From: Felis catus
Lineage: Eukaryota
Direction of reading: 5' to 3'
NCBI RefSeq assembly: GCF_018350175.1
Contig: NC_058368.1
Span: 28,708,001-28,772,000, forward strand
DNA: 64,000 bases
Of this stretch, positions 37,626 to 50,414 are shown piece by piece. Every line of letters begins with the position of its first letter. Position 1 is the stretch's first letter. Both the position numbers and the translations under genes were made by a program. The notes under the pieces are model-generated. The model was not told the origin of the DNA and searched no databases. It was given only the letters and a program-made list of their open reading frames with translations.

Positions 37626-38822
37626 AAAGTGAATATCCATTATAACTCATTTCAAAATAAAAGAAAAATTAAACAAATATAACACTTAAAATTTATCTGC
37701 CTGTAACTTAAATTATTAACTTGAAAAGTAAGGACTTTATATAAAACTATGGAAATTGCTTGTAGACCTGTCATTTAAATTAATGAAGTTCTTATTTTTG
37801 TCAGAGTGGTTCATAATATATGGAGTTGATTTTCTTTCAAAATACAGATGCCATAATTTCCTCACTGTATAGTTAATGGTAGTGTTTTCTAAAGGGCCAA
37901 TCACAATATATATCTTATGACCATATATTTAAATGGGTTTAACTCCTGGCAGGAATTTTTGACTTACCCAAATTCCTTTTTACAACAGACAGTTTTTGTT
38001 TTTCTTTTGCAGTTTGGCTCAAAGAGCAGATTTCTAAGGAGTAGGTAGAATGTGAACACTAAGCTGTTGGCTCTGTGTATAGGCCTTTCATTTCCTGGAG
38101 GCCAGGAGTTTACAACCTTACACAAATGGAGTGGTATTTGTTTCTCCCTTATTCCAATATCTACAAGGGGAGTACAGAAAGAGGTATTCTTTATGCAGCT
38201 ACTAATAGTGAGAAGAACTCGGAAGTAGATGCTCGGTACTTCAGCAGGTGTTTCCCACATACCAGCTAGCCAAAGAAACATTATTTTCATTCATTGGTGA
38301 TGTCAATAATGATAACAATAATAGTAACAATAAAAAAATAAAACTAATGAAAAGTTCTTCCCCATAGATGCTGAGAAGTATCACTGGGGATAGAATCTAA
38401 ATGAAAAGCATAAAGAAGCAAGGAGAAAATATAACCATATAGTTCACTTTAAGTTTATTCTAGACATTGACAAAAAGAACTAGAATTCATCTTTGATTTA
38501 ATCAACATCTGAACTAAGTTGGCATTGGTCATTGAATAGAGCACCTAGTGTTGATGAAAAAGGCTGTGATTCCAGATGTGCTCCCTCATTGCCCCTCAGC
38601 ACAATGCCCAATGCCTGGAGAACAATGGTAGGTAGATAGGGATGAAGAAGATGTCATGGGAATGTCTGATAAAATGAAGCAAAGTAAACTTTTTCATGAC
38701 AGAGCTGAGAGAAGATATTCAGTGCCTAGAAAAGTCAGTTATGAACCAAGGCCTTTATATTTATAAAGAAGCCACTTTGATGTGTTTCTGAGCTCTTATT
38801 TAAAAAACTAGTCACACAAATT

Positions 38823-40543
38823 AGACTTCCAGTGATGATAGTGGAGTAGGAAGATCCTAAGCCCACTTTGTCCCACAGATACAACTAGATAACACCCACA
38901 TTCGTGTAAGTAACCCAGAAAACAACCCAAAGACTGGGAGAACACACTATCCACAGTTAAATGAAGAGAAGAGAGCACATTGAAGTGAATAGGAAGGGTG
39001 AAGATGTGGTCGGGAGCTAAATGGCGGGACTGTTTGTGGAGCAGAGGGATGTCTTGGGCACAAAAGAGGGGAAAAGAGCAGACCCTCACACCAGGCATCC
39101 CAGGCATGGGAGACCAGCAAAGGGAAGATGAATCTCCATAACATTTGGCTTTGAAAACTAGAGGGGCTGAATTTTGCAAGTTCTTATAATTAGCAGGGCT
39201 TACCATGTGGAACTTTGAAAATCTGTGGGCTCAGCTCTGGGAGGGTGATAGGAATCTAAGTCCCCACCATTGTAGAAACAGCATGACAAATAGCCCCACA
39301 GAGATACAGCATAGAAACAGCAGTTTGGAAAATGCTGGGGTATATGGGAGGATTTGTTTGCCAATTTCAGAGCACATGCTGGAGGGGTAGGGATCTTTGG
39401 GAGACTTCCTCAAGAACAAAAGAGCTGGCAAATACCATTTTCTTCCCCCACCCTCCCAGCCTAGATACATGGCCATCTTTAAGAACCAGCACAGCACCAA
39501 CATGCCCTGCCTAACTTGCTAAGAGTGCACCCAGGTCCTGCATTCTGCGGACACAACCCCTGCAGTGCATCCTTGGCCAGAGCGCACCCAAAGTGGTGCC
39601 ACAGGATGGCAGTGTGCAAGCAGTCCCAACTGTGAGCACCACTCCAAAGTGACTCTTGCCCCAGAGAGAGGAGAAGATAATCGCACACACTAGTCCAACT
39701 GCAGTCCCAGTCATGGTCTGGAGGCAGACATCTGGTTGATTGCGGACTCTGCCCACCGACAAAAGCTTCTCAAGGGACAACACAGGGAAAACACTCTGCA
39801 GTTTGGTGCAACTGCATCTCTGGCAAATCCCTGGTCTGACTCAAATCAAGGCCAAGGCAGCCTCAGGCTGGCTCACTAACAACACAGGGATCCAACCCTG
39901 CCCACAAGGCAAAAAGACACATTGCAAATGACTGGATTGAAGGCAAAAGTGGCTCAGCCAAAACAGTAGGGTGCACACAACACACATAGGAGACACCTGA
40001 AGTGCCAGGTCTTGGTAAATAGGGGACATTGCACGGCAGAGCACTATAGATCTTCTTCATAAGGCCACTACTTTCAAGAGTAGGAGATGTAGCTGAGTTT
40101 CCTGACACATGAAAACAGACACAAAGAGTTAGACAAAATGAGTAGACAGAGGAATATGTCCCAAATGAACAAACAGGACAAAATCACAGCAAGAAAGGTA
40201 AATAAAATGAAAATAAGTAATATGCCTGATAGAGAATTTAAAGTAATGTTCATAAAGATGGTCACTGGACTTGAGAAGAGTGGACGACATCAGCGAGACC
40301 CTTACCAAAGAGATAGAAAACAAACAAACAAAAAACAATCAGATGAAGAACTCAATAACTGAAATTTAAAATACAGTAGGTAGAATAAATAGTAGATTAG
40401 AGAAGAAGAATGATCAGTTACCTGGAGGACAGAGTACTGCAAGACAATAACACTGAACAGGAGAAAGAGAAAAGCATAATAGAAATGAAAATAGACTTAG
40501 GGAAATCAGCAACACCATCAAACATAATAACATTTGCAACATA

Positions 40544-40603
<60 letters not shown>

Positions 40604-42895
40604 AAAGGAAGAAAGGGAAGGAAAGGAAGGAAGGAAGGAAAAGAAAGAGAAAGAAAAAAGAAAAATGAAAGAAAGGGTGAAAGAAAGAAGGAAAGAAAGC
40701 AAAGGGTCAAAATTTATTTGAAGAAATAATAGCTGATAACTTCTTGAATCTGTGGAAGGAAATAGAAATTCAGATCCAGGAAGCACAGAGAGCCCCCAAT
40801 AATACATTAAAAAAAATTATTCACCACTATCAAGTGGGATTTATCCCTGCGATGCAAGATGGTTCAATATTTACAAATCAGTCAACATGATACCTCACAT
40901 CAACAAGAGAAAGGATAAAAAACATATGATCATTTCAATAGATACAGGAAAAGCATTTGACAAAGTGCAACTTCCATTCATGAGAAAAACCCTCAACAAA
41001 ATAGGCTTAGAGGGAACGTACCTGAACGTATTAAAGGCCATATCTGAAAAACCCACAGCTAACAATCATATTAAGTGGTGAAAAACTGAGAGCTTTTCTT
41101 CTAAGATCAGGAATACGACAACGATGTCCACTCTTGCCACTTTTATTCAACATAGTACTGGAAGTCCTAACCACAGCAATCAGACAAGAATCGGTAAGGA
41201 AGAAGTAAGACTTTCACTATTTGCAAATGACATATAAAGAACACCCTAACGACCCCACCAAAAAACTACTAGAACTAATAAATGAATTCAGTAAACTCAC
41301 AGGATACAAAATCAATACACAGAAATCCTTTGCATGTCTTTAAGACTTAAGAGCAGAAATAGAAATTAAGAAAACAATCCCATTTATAATTGCACCCCAA
41401 ATCATAAAATACCTAGGAATAAACTTAAGGAGGCAAAAGACCTGTACTCTGAAAACTATAAAACATCGATGAAAGAAATTGAAGATGACACAAACAAATG
41501 GAAAACATTCCATGTTCATGGATTAGGAGACCAAATATTGTTGAAATGTTCATACTACTCAAGCAGTCTATAGATTTAACGCAATTTCTATCAAAATATA
41601 AACAGTATTTTTCACAGAACTAGAACAAACAATCCTAAAATTTGTATGGAACCACAAATAGCCAAAGCAATCTTGAAAAAGAACAAAACTGGGATCACAA
41701 TCCCAGATTTCAAGATATACTACAAGGCCATAGTAATCAAAACAGTATGCTACTGGCACAGAAATAAACACATAGATCAATAGAATAAAATAGCCCAGAA
41801 ATAAACCCACAATTATATGATCAACTCATATTTGACAAAGGAGGCAAGAATATGCAATGGGGAAAAGACAGTCTCTTCAACAAATGGTGTTGGGAAAACT
41901 GGACAGCTTGTACATGCAAAAGTATGAAACTGGATCACTTTCTTATATCATATACCAAAATAAACTCAGAGTAGATTAAGGACCTAAATGTGAGATCTGA
42001 ACCATAAAAATCTTAGAGATCATAGGCAGTAATTTCTCTGACATCAGCCATAACAACATTTTTCTGATATATCTCCTGAGGCAAGGGAAACAAAAGCAAA
42101 AATAAACTGTTGGGAACACATCAAAATAAAAAGTTTCTGCACAGCAAAGGAAATAAGAAAACTAAAAGACAAGTTACTTAATGGTAGAAGATATTTACAA
42201 AATGCATATTCAATAAAGAGTATCCAAGATATATAAAGAACTTACACAACTCAAAACCAAAAACACGAATAATGAATTAAGAAATGAGCAGAAGACATGA
42301 ATAGGTATTTCTGCAAAGAAGACATACACACATGGTCAACGGAAGTATGAAAAGAAATGCAGCATCATTCATCATCAGAGATATGCAAATCAAAACCACA
42401 ATGAGATATCACCTCAGACCTATGAACATGGCTAAAATCAAATACAAGAAACAACAAGTGTTAGTGAGGATGTAGAGAAAAAGGAACACTTGTGCAGTGT
42501 TGGTGGGAATGCAAACTGGTGTAGTTATATATACACAATGGAATATTATTCAGCCATAAATAAGAATGAAATCTTGCCATTTGCAGCAACGTGGATGAAG
42601 TTAGGGAGTGTAATGCTAAGGGAAATAAGTCAGAGAAAGACATATACCATATGATTTCACTCATATGTGGAATTTAAGAAACAAAACAAATGAACAAAGG
42701 AAAAATAAAGACTAACCAAAAAACATACTCTTAACTATATGGCACAAACTGATGATTACCAGAGGGAGATGGATGAAATAGGTGAAGGGGATTAAGGGCA
42801 CACTGAATAATGTGTAGAATTGTTGAATCATTGTATTGTACACCTGAAACTAATATAACATTGTATGTTAACTGTACTGGAATTAAAAAAACAAA
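38823..42895 (+). mobile_element. Carnivore L1 with 5'UTR, partial ORF1, partial ORF2 (RT) and 3'UTR; internally deleted and inactive
   Basis: ORF1-like MSRQRNMSQMNKQDK at 40138; RT-region IIHHYQVGFIP and MIISIDTGKAFDKVQ; catalytic motif reads LFAND at about 41217; frameshifts; A tail at about 42885. Confidence 0.9.
40543..40700 (+). repeat. (GAAA)n/(GGAA)n polypurine repeat within L1 ORF1
   Basis: Read directly. Confidence 0.9.
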
Positions 42896-43612
42896 ACAAC
42901 TAGTACAAATGAGTTAAAGTTATAGAATACCTTTAAGGAATTGAGTTTTTTAAAGAAAGTAGCTAGTATTGCAGTGTTTTGTTTGGCCTTTATTTCGCCC
43001 TTTATGATACAGGGGAACATAGAAAAATGATTGAAGGACTGTATTACAGACAGGAAATAATTTAAATTTCAGAGTCTAAAAAATTGAAAAGGGAATGGTA
43101 TTACTTAGATAAGATTAGAAAAAGTGGTTATCTTTTCTTATCGTAAGTGTGTGAAGAGCTAGTTAAGGAATAGTTAACTTCTTTGTCTAACTCCTCAGTA
43201 GATAAATAAGGGTGGGTGGGGACCTTAAATTCATTCATCTGAACCTAAAGAAAAACTTTCTTTTTGTAAGATCATTGTGATACATACAACCAGATTAGAG
43301 TGTTAAATTGTTCTCTTTAAAAATGGTGACAGTCTAGTGATTGGTATAATTTTTTTGTAATCTGTTCTAGGACAGTCCATGTGGTTCATTTGTTATTCTA
43401 AGTGTCTCTATTTTCTCAAGCTAATGTTCACAGATGGACAAAATTTTATATATCCTCTAATGATTTTGAATTAAGAGAGGTGAAATTGAAGGCAATATTG
43501 TTGAATTGGAAAAAATATTGAATGAGGGAATAGCAATATCTATTGTAATTGCAAACCAGGAAGATACGTATATATGTATAATAACTTTTCCTTGAGAAGT
43601 AATCAACCTCTC

Positions 43613-43860
43613 AGGTCCCTGGGTGGCTCAGTGAGTTAAGCATCTGACTCTTGATTTCGGCTCAGGTCATGATCTCACTGTTTGTGAGTTTGAGTCTCAC
43701 CTCAAGCTCTGCACTGGCAGCGCGGACCCTACTTGGTATTCTTTCTCTCTCTCCTTCTCTCTCTCTCTGCCCCTCCTGTGCTCCTGTACTTTCTCTCTCT
43801 CCCTCTCTCTCTTCTCTCCCAAATACATAAGTAAACATAAACAAAAATTTTTAATTAAAA
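43613..43860 (+). mobile_element. Can-SINE
   Basis: ctgggtggctcagtgagttaagcatc head; degenerate TSD aagtaatcaacctct/aagtaataacttct. Confidence 0.87.
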
Positions 43861-46800
43861 GTAATAACTTCTGACCTACATTGTCATAGAAATTCATAGA
43901 TATTTGTGTATGAATTAGATACCCGTTTGGATTTTAGTGTAATCCCTTAATTAGACTATTTTAAGGAAAAGTTATTACTCACTGAAAAATGCAGTAAGCT
44001 AAAATTCAGAACACCTTTGTTTCCCAAAACAAGCAATAAAAAAGGTTAAAATGTCTTTCATTCCTAAGATGGTACTTGTCGTATGATGTTGGTACTCTAA
44101 AAACATGTTTCTGTAGTCATAAATCACTTCTAGCTTTTAGTTAAGGATGTCTTAAAGAAAATACTCTCACTCTGAATCTGCTATACTTTGAGAATAGTAC
44201 GCTTTTGTTACAGGATAGTAACAAGTACATTTGGTCTCCTAGTAGCATGTCTTGGCTCTCTGTTCTTCTTAGGTAGGACCAGTTGGGTCTGTCTAGTACA
44301 CTTGAAAACATGGATGTGGATCTGGAGCTATTTTGTTATTAGAGATAAATACTTGGGAGCTAGTAATAAATATATGGGTGTTAGTTGAATTGATCACGTA
44401 AATGAAAGAACTGAAGAGGAGTGTATATGGTGAGAAGTATTGTCTGAAGACTAAACCCTGCAAGAACCAACATTTAAGGATTGGACAGCACACAGAGAAC
44501 CTTCAAATTAGAGAAAGAGTAGTCAGAGCATGCAAATGGTTCGTAGTCTGAAACTGGATGAGATTACTAAAAAAGTGAACACCAAGCAAACATATAAAAG
44601 ATCCACTCCTGAAGTACCCTGATGTGCACCGGTCAGGTAATTGAAGAAGAACCTGCAGAAAAGACTGAGAAGAAGGGAACAGTAAAATAGGAGGAAAACG
44701 AATTTATTTATTTAGTTAATTTGGTGAGTAGGGTATTATTGGTGAACTTAACGGGAACAAAATGTTAGTGGAGTGGGGGGAATATAAGCCAAAAATCAGT
44801 CAGCTGACTGGTAAATCAGAGATGAGAAAGCAGAAACAGTGATTATATACTACTTGTAAAATAAGTGTGATGGTGAGAAGTGAAAAGATCGTGTTCACTC
44901 AAGGATTATGTAGAATCAAGAAATGACTTTATTTGTTTCTTGAAATGGGAAAACAAACATCTTCATAGGAAGAGGGGATGAAATCTGTGGAATACATGGA
45001 GAATATTTATGGATACGGCCTGAGAGAGGCAGGAAAGGACATTTCCAGAGCGCCATTCTGCCTTGGTTTGGAATGATGGAAGACCATATTTTTCCACCCT
45101 GCAGCTGAGGTGATGGAATTATCATTAACTGAGATGGAGAAAGCAGACTTCCAGTGGCTTTCCACTCACTCATAATTAAAGCAGAAGTCCTTTCTACTGA
45201 GACACTGGGAAAAGAAGTGAGGATTGATGAAAATATAGAGGATTTTGAGGACTAGGGGGAAAGAATTTTGTGTATTCATTTAACAAACCTCTGGTGACCG
45301 CCGACTGTGCCCCATGTATGATTCTAGATTCTGGGGATTTGGAGTGAGCCAAATAGATACATTATGATATTATCCTAATGGGGTTTATTTTCAAGCAAAT
45401 GGAGGAGTACGTGCATGAAGGCTCTGTTGTGGGTGGAGGAGGCAGCTAGATGACCAGCTGAGATAGGAATGCATTGGTTCAGAGGACCCCTAAAGAGAGT
45501 GATGTTGGTTGGCATTGGTTGCTGATTGGCACTGGAAAGAGAGCCCAGCAGAGACTGGGGCTGCCTACTTTTTTGGTAGTCAGGAAGTATGGTACGGAGA
45601 CTTTCTTTCTTAGTTCTTCAGAGCCTAGAAAAAGGTATGAGGAAAATGAATAGCTTAGAGGGACAGGACTGAGAATAGTGAGGGTGAATATGGAGGCCTT
45701 GCAGGCCAACACGTAATTAACATTTTCTTTTATTACATTATATTTCACAGTTCAAATAATGCAATCCCAAGGAAAGTATATTAAAAAAAATAGTATTGTT
45801 TGTTTAATTGACATTCAAGAATCAACAGGAACTACTCATTAATGTAAAATGGTGAGGCAAATAAACTTTGATTTTCTACTTCTTGCTAACATTATGGTCT
45901 ATGAGAATTATATATGTATTTTGTTTCTCATTTACCTTTTTGGTTAACAGTTCTTTAAACTTCCCATGCCAGCAGATGGTAATTCATCTTGCAACTTGAG
46001 TTCTTTTACTTAGGGTACTCATAGGGTCTTCTAGCCTACTAGGTTGATTCTATTGATATATTTTAGCTTGAATTATTTAAAATGACATAACCAGTTATAG
46101 CAAGAGGTTTGAGGCATTAGTGTTCATTTCTGGAATATAATTGCTCTGCAGTCAATCCTGTATCAGGTTAGACTGACGTTATTATAGCTGGGGTTAAAAG
46201 CATACCTTTAAGCTAATACATTTGTTTTCTTAGAATTTAACGACTCTAGATTCTAAATTCTAAAGAATTTAATTCTAAGGCCTTACTCCTTTCCTGTTGA
46301 ACTTCCCTTAAAATACAGTGTAGCATTTTTTTTTGCATGAAATTAAAGTGTCAATAATTGTTATTTGTCTACAACATAGAAGCAGCTCCTACCAAATTAT
46401 GTAATACTATGGGACTTTGCATGTATAAAATGCATAAAACATAAAACATATTTTTAAATGATAGCACAAAGAGACAGTTTTTCTTAGGTTTGAGGAATGG
46501 AGTAAGTGAGTGTCTTAAGTACTTAGGACACCAAAAAGACTTGAATTGGGTTCCTATGCTTAGAACATTGAGGTTGAAAATGATTTTCTTCCCCCAAATC
46601 TATTTTCTGGAGTTGTGGCATTCTGTTGAATAAGCAGCGATCTGCCCTTGCGTTGAGGTTCAACTCTTTCACAATAGTGATAATGTTCTAAAACTGTGGT
46701 AGGATTTTGAGGGGTTAGTTTCTGCCTGTTTATACTGAAAATGAATTAAGCTTTTCATATTGAACATGCTGCTAGTCTAGGGAAGAGGATTTAATTAATT

Positions 46801-47461
46801 TTCTATTAGTATTCTCATTTTCCATTTACTTGTTGTGTTCTTTGTGTGCATTTTTATATAACCAGCTGGTATGAGGTGTGTAAACAAGTGTTAGAACATT
46901 GATAATTGTTCTCTATGGAGAAAGAATCAATGGTCTTAGTCTTTATACTCAGTTTGACAAGTACTGAGAACCTACACCATAGAAGGCACTGTGCCAGAGA
47001 CTGTGGAAATATCTGTGATTGTTGTCATATATTGTAATCAGTTAGGCTAGTCACACAAGCCAACAGCAGAATGGTGTCCAGGAAGTTTGGTTTCATGAAT
47101 TTCAGGCAACATCAACATCAGTTGATTTAAGAAATCAACCAAAATAAGTCTTATTTAACTTTAACATGCTGTCGAGTGTCTCATCATCCTTTCCTGGAAA
47201 CTGGAACTTTTGATCAGCAAGAAATGGAGGCTGTGAACTTCTAGCAGTTCAGGAATTAAGTGACTTCATTACTTGTCATTGAGTAAATCTTAGGAGCGAT
47301 TTGCATATCACCTTTAGTAATTGGCTTAAGTAGAATGACTTTTGTAAAAATAGGAAAAATTCTCATTAATTTTTTACCTCTACTTTTATAATATAGAGTT
47401 TCAGTTCTAATTAAGATGAATCTTCCAGATATCCAACATTAATACTAAAATAAAAAGTAAA

Positions 47462-47589
47462 GGGGCGCCTGGGTGGCTCAGTCGGTTGAGCGTCCAACTT
47501 AGGGCTCAGGTCATGATCTCGTGCTCGTGGGTTCACGCCCTGCGTTGGGCTCTGTGCTGACAGCTAAGGGCCTGGAACCTGCTTCGGAT

Positions 47590-47642
<53 letters not shown>

Positions 47643-47701
47643 CCCTCCTCTGTTCGTGCTCTGTCTCTCTCTGTCTCAAAAATAAATAAACATTAAAAAA
47701 A
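47462..47701 (+). mobile_element. Can-SINE ending about 50 nt upstream of the 47753 acceptor
   Basis: 24-nt TSD attaatactaaaat(a/g)aaaagtaaa at 47438-47461 and 47702-47725. Confidence 0.92.
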
Positions 47702-47752
47702 ATTAATACTAAAATGAAAAGTAAATTACATGATTTTCTTGTAATTTTGCAG

Positions 47753-47884
47753 CGCTTTGAACTCCAAGATTCAGGAAGCTCTGTGCTTCCTAAAGAGGTT
47801 GTGAGAGTGGAGAGGCTGACTGAAAGCCATTCCCCCCAAGCTTCTGTGACTGTCCGGATTGCAGAAAAAGAAGTGACCATTCAG
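47753..47884 (+). CDS. VWA8: VWA8 coding exon (probable exon 10), 132 nt
   Basis: Acceptor ttttcttgtaattttgcAG, donor CAG|GTAATG. Encodes RFELQDSGSSVLPKEVVRVERLTESHSPQASVTVRIAEKEVTIQ. Confidence 0.94.
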
Positions 47885-49756
47885 GTAATGGATAAAGTTT
47901 ATACTTTCTGAGATGTGCTAAGTTCTGCCCATTTATGATCCCCTTTTAAATCTTCTTTGGCTCTCTAGTGTCACATCTGTATATCTGTATCTGTATTTAT
48001 CCATGTATCCACAGTCATGTATGTTTGTAAACTGGAAAAGTTCAGGAGAAACATAAGCGTAGTTTCTCATAAAAAACTAAAGTTGATCTCTGGGAAAATC
48101 AAATGAAGTACCGAATAAAGTATTTTGTATTCTGAGTCCTTGATAAGAAATAGTGTTTTCAAACATATTTTAGCGGCTGTGGAACACTCTTTTCAAATAA
48201 AATCTTTCTTAACTACATGCAACAGTTAAAAGAGGAGCTGTTCTGGTTGGAGAGGTTTTAGAAAAGGGAAGGATATTTGGTCACAGGGCTCTATATGCTT
48301 GCTCTGCCTCCCTTTCTTCCAACCCTTTGAGAGCCCTGAGAACCCCAAGAGGGGATGGGAAACTATCACAGGGAAACACAGCTTGAAAAACACAGACTTA
48401 AATGAGTTGTAAGTGAATGTGGGGAAGAAGAAGGCTTGCCTTCTTATGTGCCACAGCGCACTTTAATTATATAGACTTTTTATGTGCTCTAATGTGATAT
48501 TATTAATACTTATTAATGTTGCTGCATTTATTCATTTATCAAGCTGAACATTGATTAATGTCTACTCTGAGCCAGGCTCTGTATTAAAAATTATTAGTGT
48601 CTACTGTGTATTAGTCACTATATTTGTCTCTTGACAAATATATAATACCATAAATACATTATGCCATTAAATCCCCCAATAATCCTGGAGGCAAGTTTTA
48701 TAATCTGCATTTTATAGATTGGAAAACAGATGTAAAGAGGATAATCAATTCATTCATGGTTACTAGCTAAGAAATGTCACAGATGAGACTTCTAGACAGG
48801 ATCACTTTCCACTACACTCTTCTGTCTACTTCAGATGAATGACCTCATTAAGCTGATGGTCTAAATAGAGGCAGATAAGTAAGGACTGCATTGGAATGGC
48901 TGTGGGGATATAGAGTAAGCTGTCTTCAAGTATGACATAGGAGTTTTCCAGTAGCTCAGGAGTGGAAAGGTGATAGGACACTTCAGGACACTTCAGACAT
49001 GTCCAAAGGCATGAAATGGGAGCAAGCTCTCATTGTTTGCTTCTTTTTGGTGATGGCTTTCTGACTTCATTGCCTCCAGTCCCTCCGGTCAGCCTTCTAT
49101 GTTACCACCATGATGATCCTTCTTAAATGCAAATCTAATCTTGTCACTTCCAAACTTATAATTCTGTAGGGTTCCTGTTATGATGGGCCCCAAGTCCTCT
49201 GCAGAACATGGAAATCTCCTAGTGGAGTCCCCAGGAGACAAATGAGGAGGAGATAGAAAATAAAAGAAGCAGGTGTGAAGGATGAGAGGGGAGATTTTAA
49301 GACCAGATGCTTCCGAGTTGTAAACTAAGAGTGGAAAAGGATTTGTGGACATGGATTTTAGAAATCAGGACATCATTGGTGACTTTGGAGAGTCCCAGTA
49401 GACTGACTTGAAATTCTGTACTTAGCACTGGAATTTGGACAAAAAGCTTCATTCTCAAGTAGTGACATTGTTATTATAAGTTATAAATAACCCCCAAATG
49501 ACATGATTATTATGAAAATGTCTGACAGCACAGGGCTTTAATTTTAGAGGGATGATTGATTTGGAGGGTTGATGATAATGATAATCAGATCTGTGAATAA
49601 GAAAATAGTTGCTGCTCTATTGAAATATCAAAGACAGTACAGAATTGAATTGAGCAAGGGATTATTAGGGGCTTCTAAATGGCAGTTATGTTCTTTCATT
49701 TACTAATGTTTTGAGAAACACATATGCATATTATATTTACTTCTCTTTAATTATAG

Positions 49757-49891
49757 GTGCCAGCTGGGACCAGGCCAATAAGTCAACCTTGTGCATCAGA
49801 GCGTTTTGTACAGACTTTAAGCCATAAACAACTACTGGCTGAGATGATGCAGTCACACATGGTTAAGGACATATGTTTAATTGGAGGAAAA
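49757..49891 (+). CDS. VWA8: VWA8 coding exon (probable exon 11), 135 nt
   Basis: Acceptor ttctctttaattatAG, donor AAA|GTAAGA. Encodes VPAGTRPISQPCASERFVQTLSHKQLLAEMMQSHMVKDICLIGGK. Confidence 0.95.
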
Positions 49892-49983
49892 GTAAGAATA
49901 GCAGCAGTCTCGCTGCGGATTTCTGTTTCCCAACTTTTGGTTGTTTTGACTTCTCCCTTGAATGATTGTGTTTCCATTTGTAG

Positions 49984-50061
49984 GGTTGTGGAAAAACGGT
50001 CATTGCTAAGAACTTTGCAGATAACTTAGGATACAACATAGAACCCATCATGCTCTATCAG
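49984..50061 (+). CDS. VWA8: VWA8 coding exon (probable exon 12), 78 nt
   Basis: Acceptor gtttccatttgtAG, donor CAG|GTATGA. Encodes GCGKTVIAKNFADNLGYNIEPIMLYQ and completes the Walker A motif GGKGCGKT. Confidence 0.95.
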
Positions 50062-50414
50062 GTATGATGTTCATTTTTAGTACTTGGACTATAAACATAT
50101 ATATTTAGACCATCAGTAGAAGTTATGGATATTCTTCCTTGAGTTATGTATGACCTGTTAATTTTGGTCTACATAAATAACTGAAATAAAAATCAAATTG
50201 GAGTGCAATTGTAATTACTTGCAACTTTTGAAAGTGCATTTTAGAGTGTTGAATGTGCACACCATATCAGCACCTGTGTCTGTTTTTCAAGAGAGATTCA
50301 ATTTACCTGCATGTGCGCACATACACAGACTGCATTTAGTAGTAATTTGGAAATCGAAATAAAATGGGTTTTAGCAGCAATGGGAGATAATTAGGTATTC
50401 ACTGAATAGAGTAT

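Noticed and set aside
38808..40108. Dense cluster of overlapping ORFs on both strands
   Set aside because: GC-richer L1 5'UTR; no recognisable protein or exon structure.
40887..42520. Reverse transcriptase-like coding fragments as a possible novel RT system
   Set aside because: Ordinary decayed L1 ORF2 with frameshifts, stops and a mutated catalytic motif.
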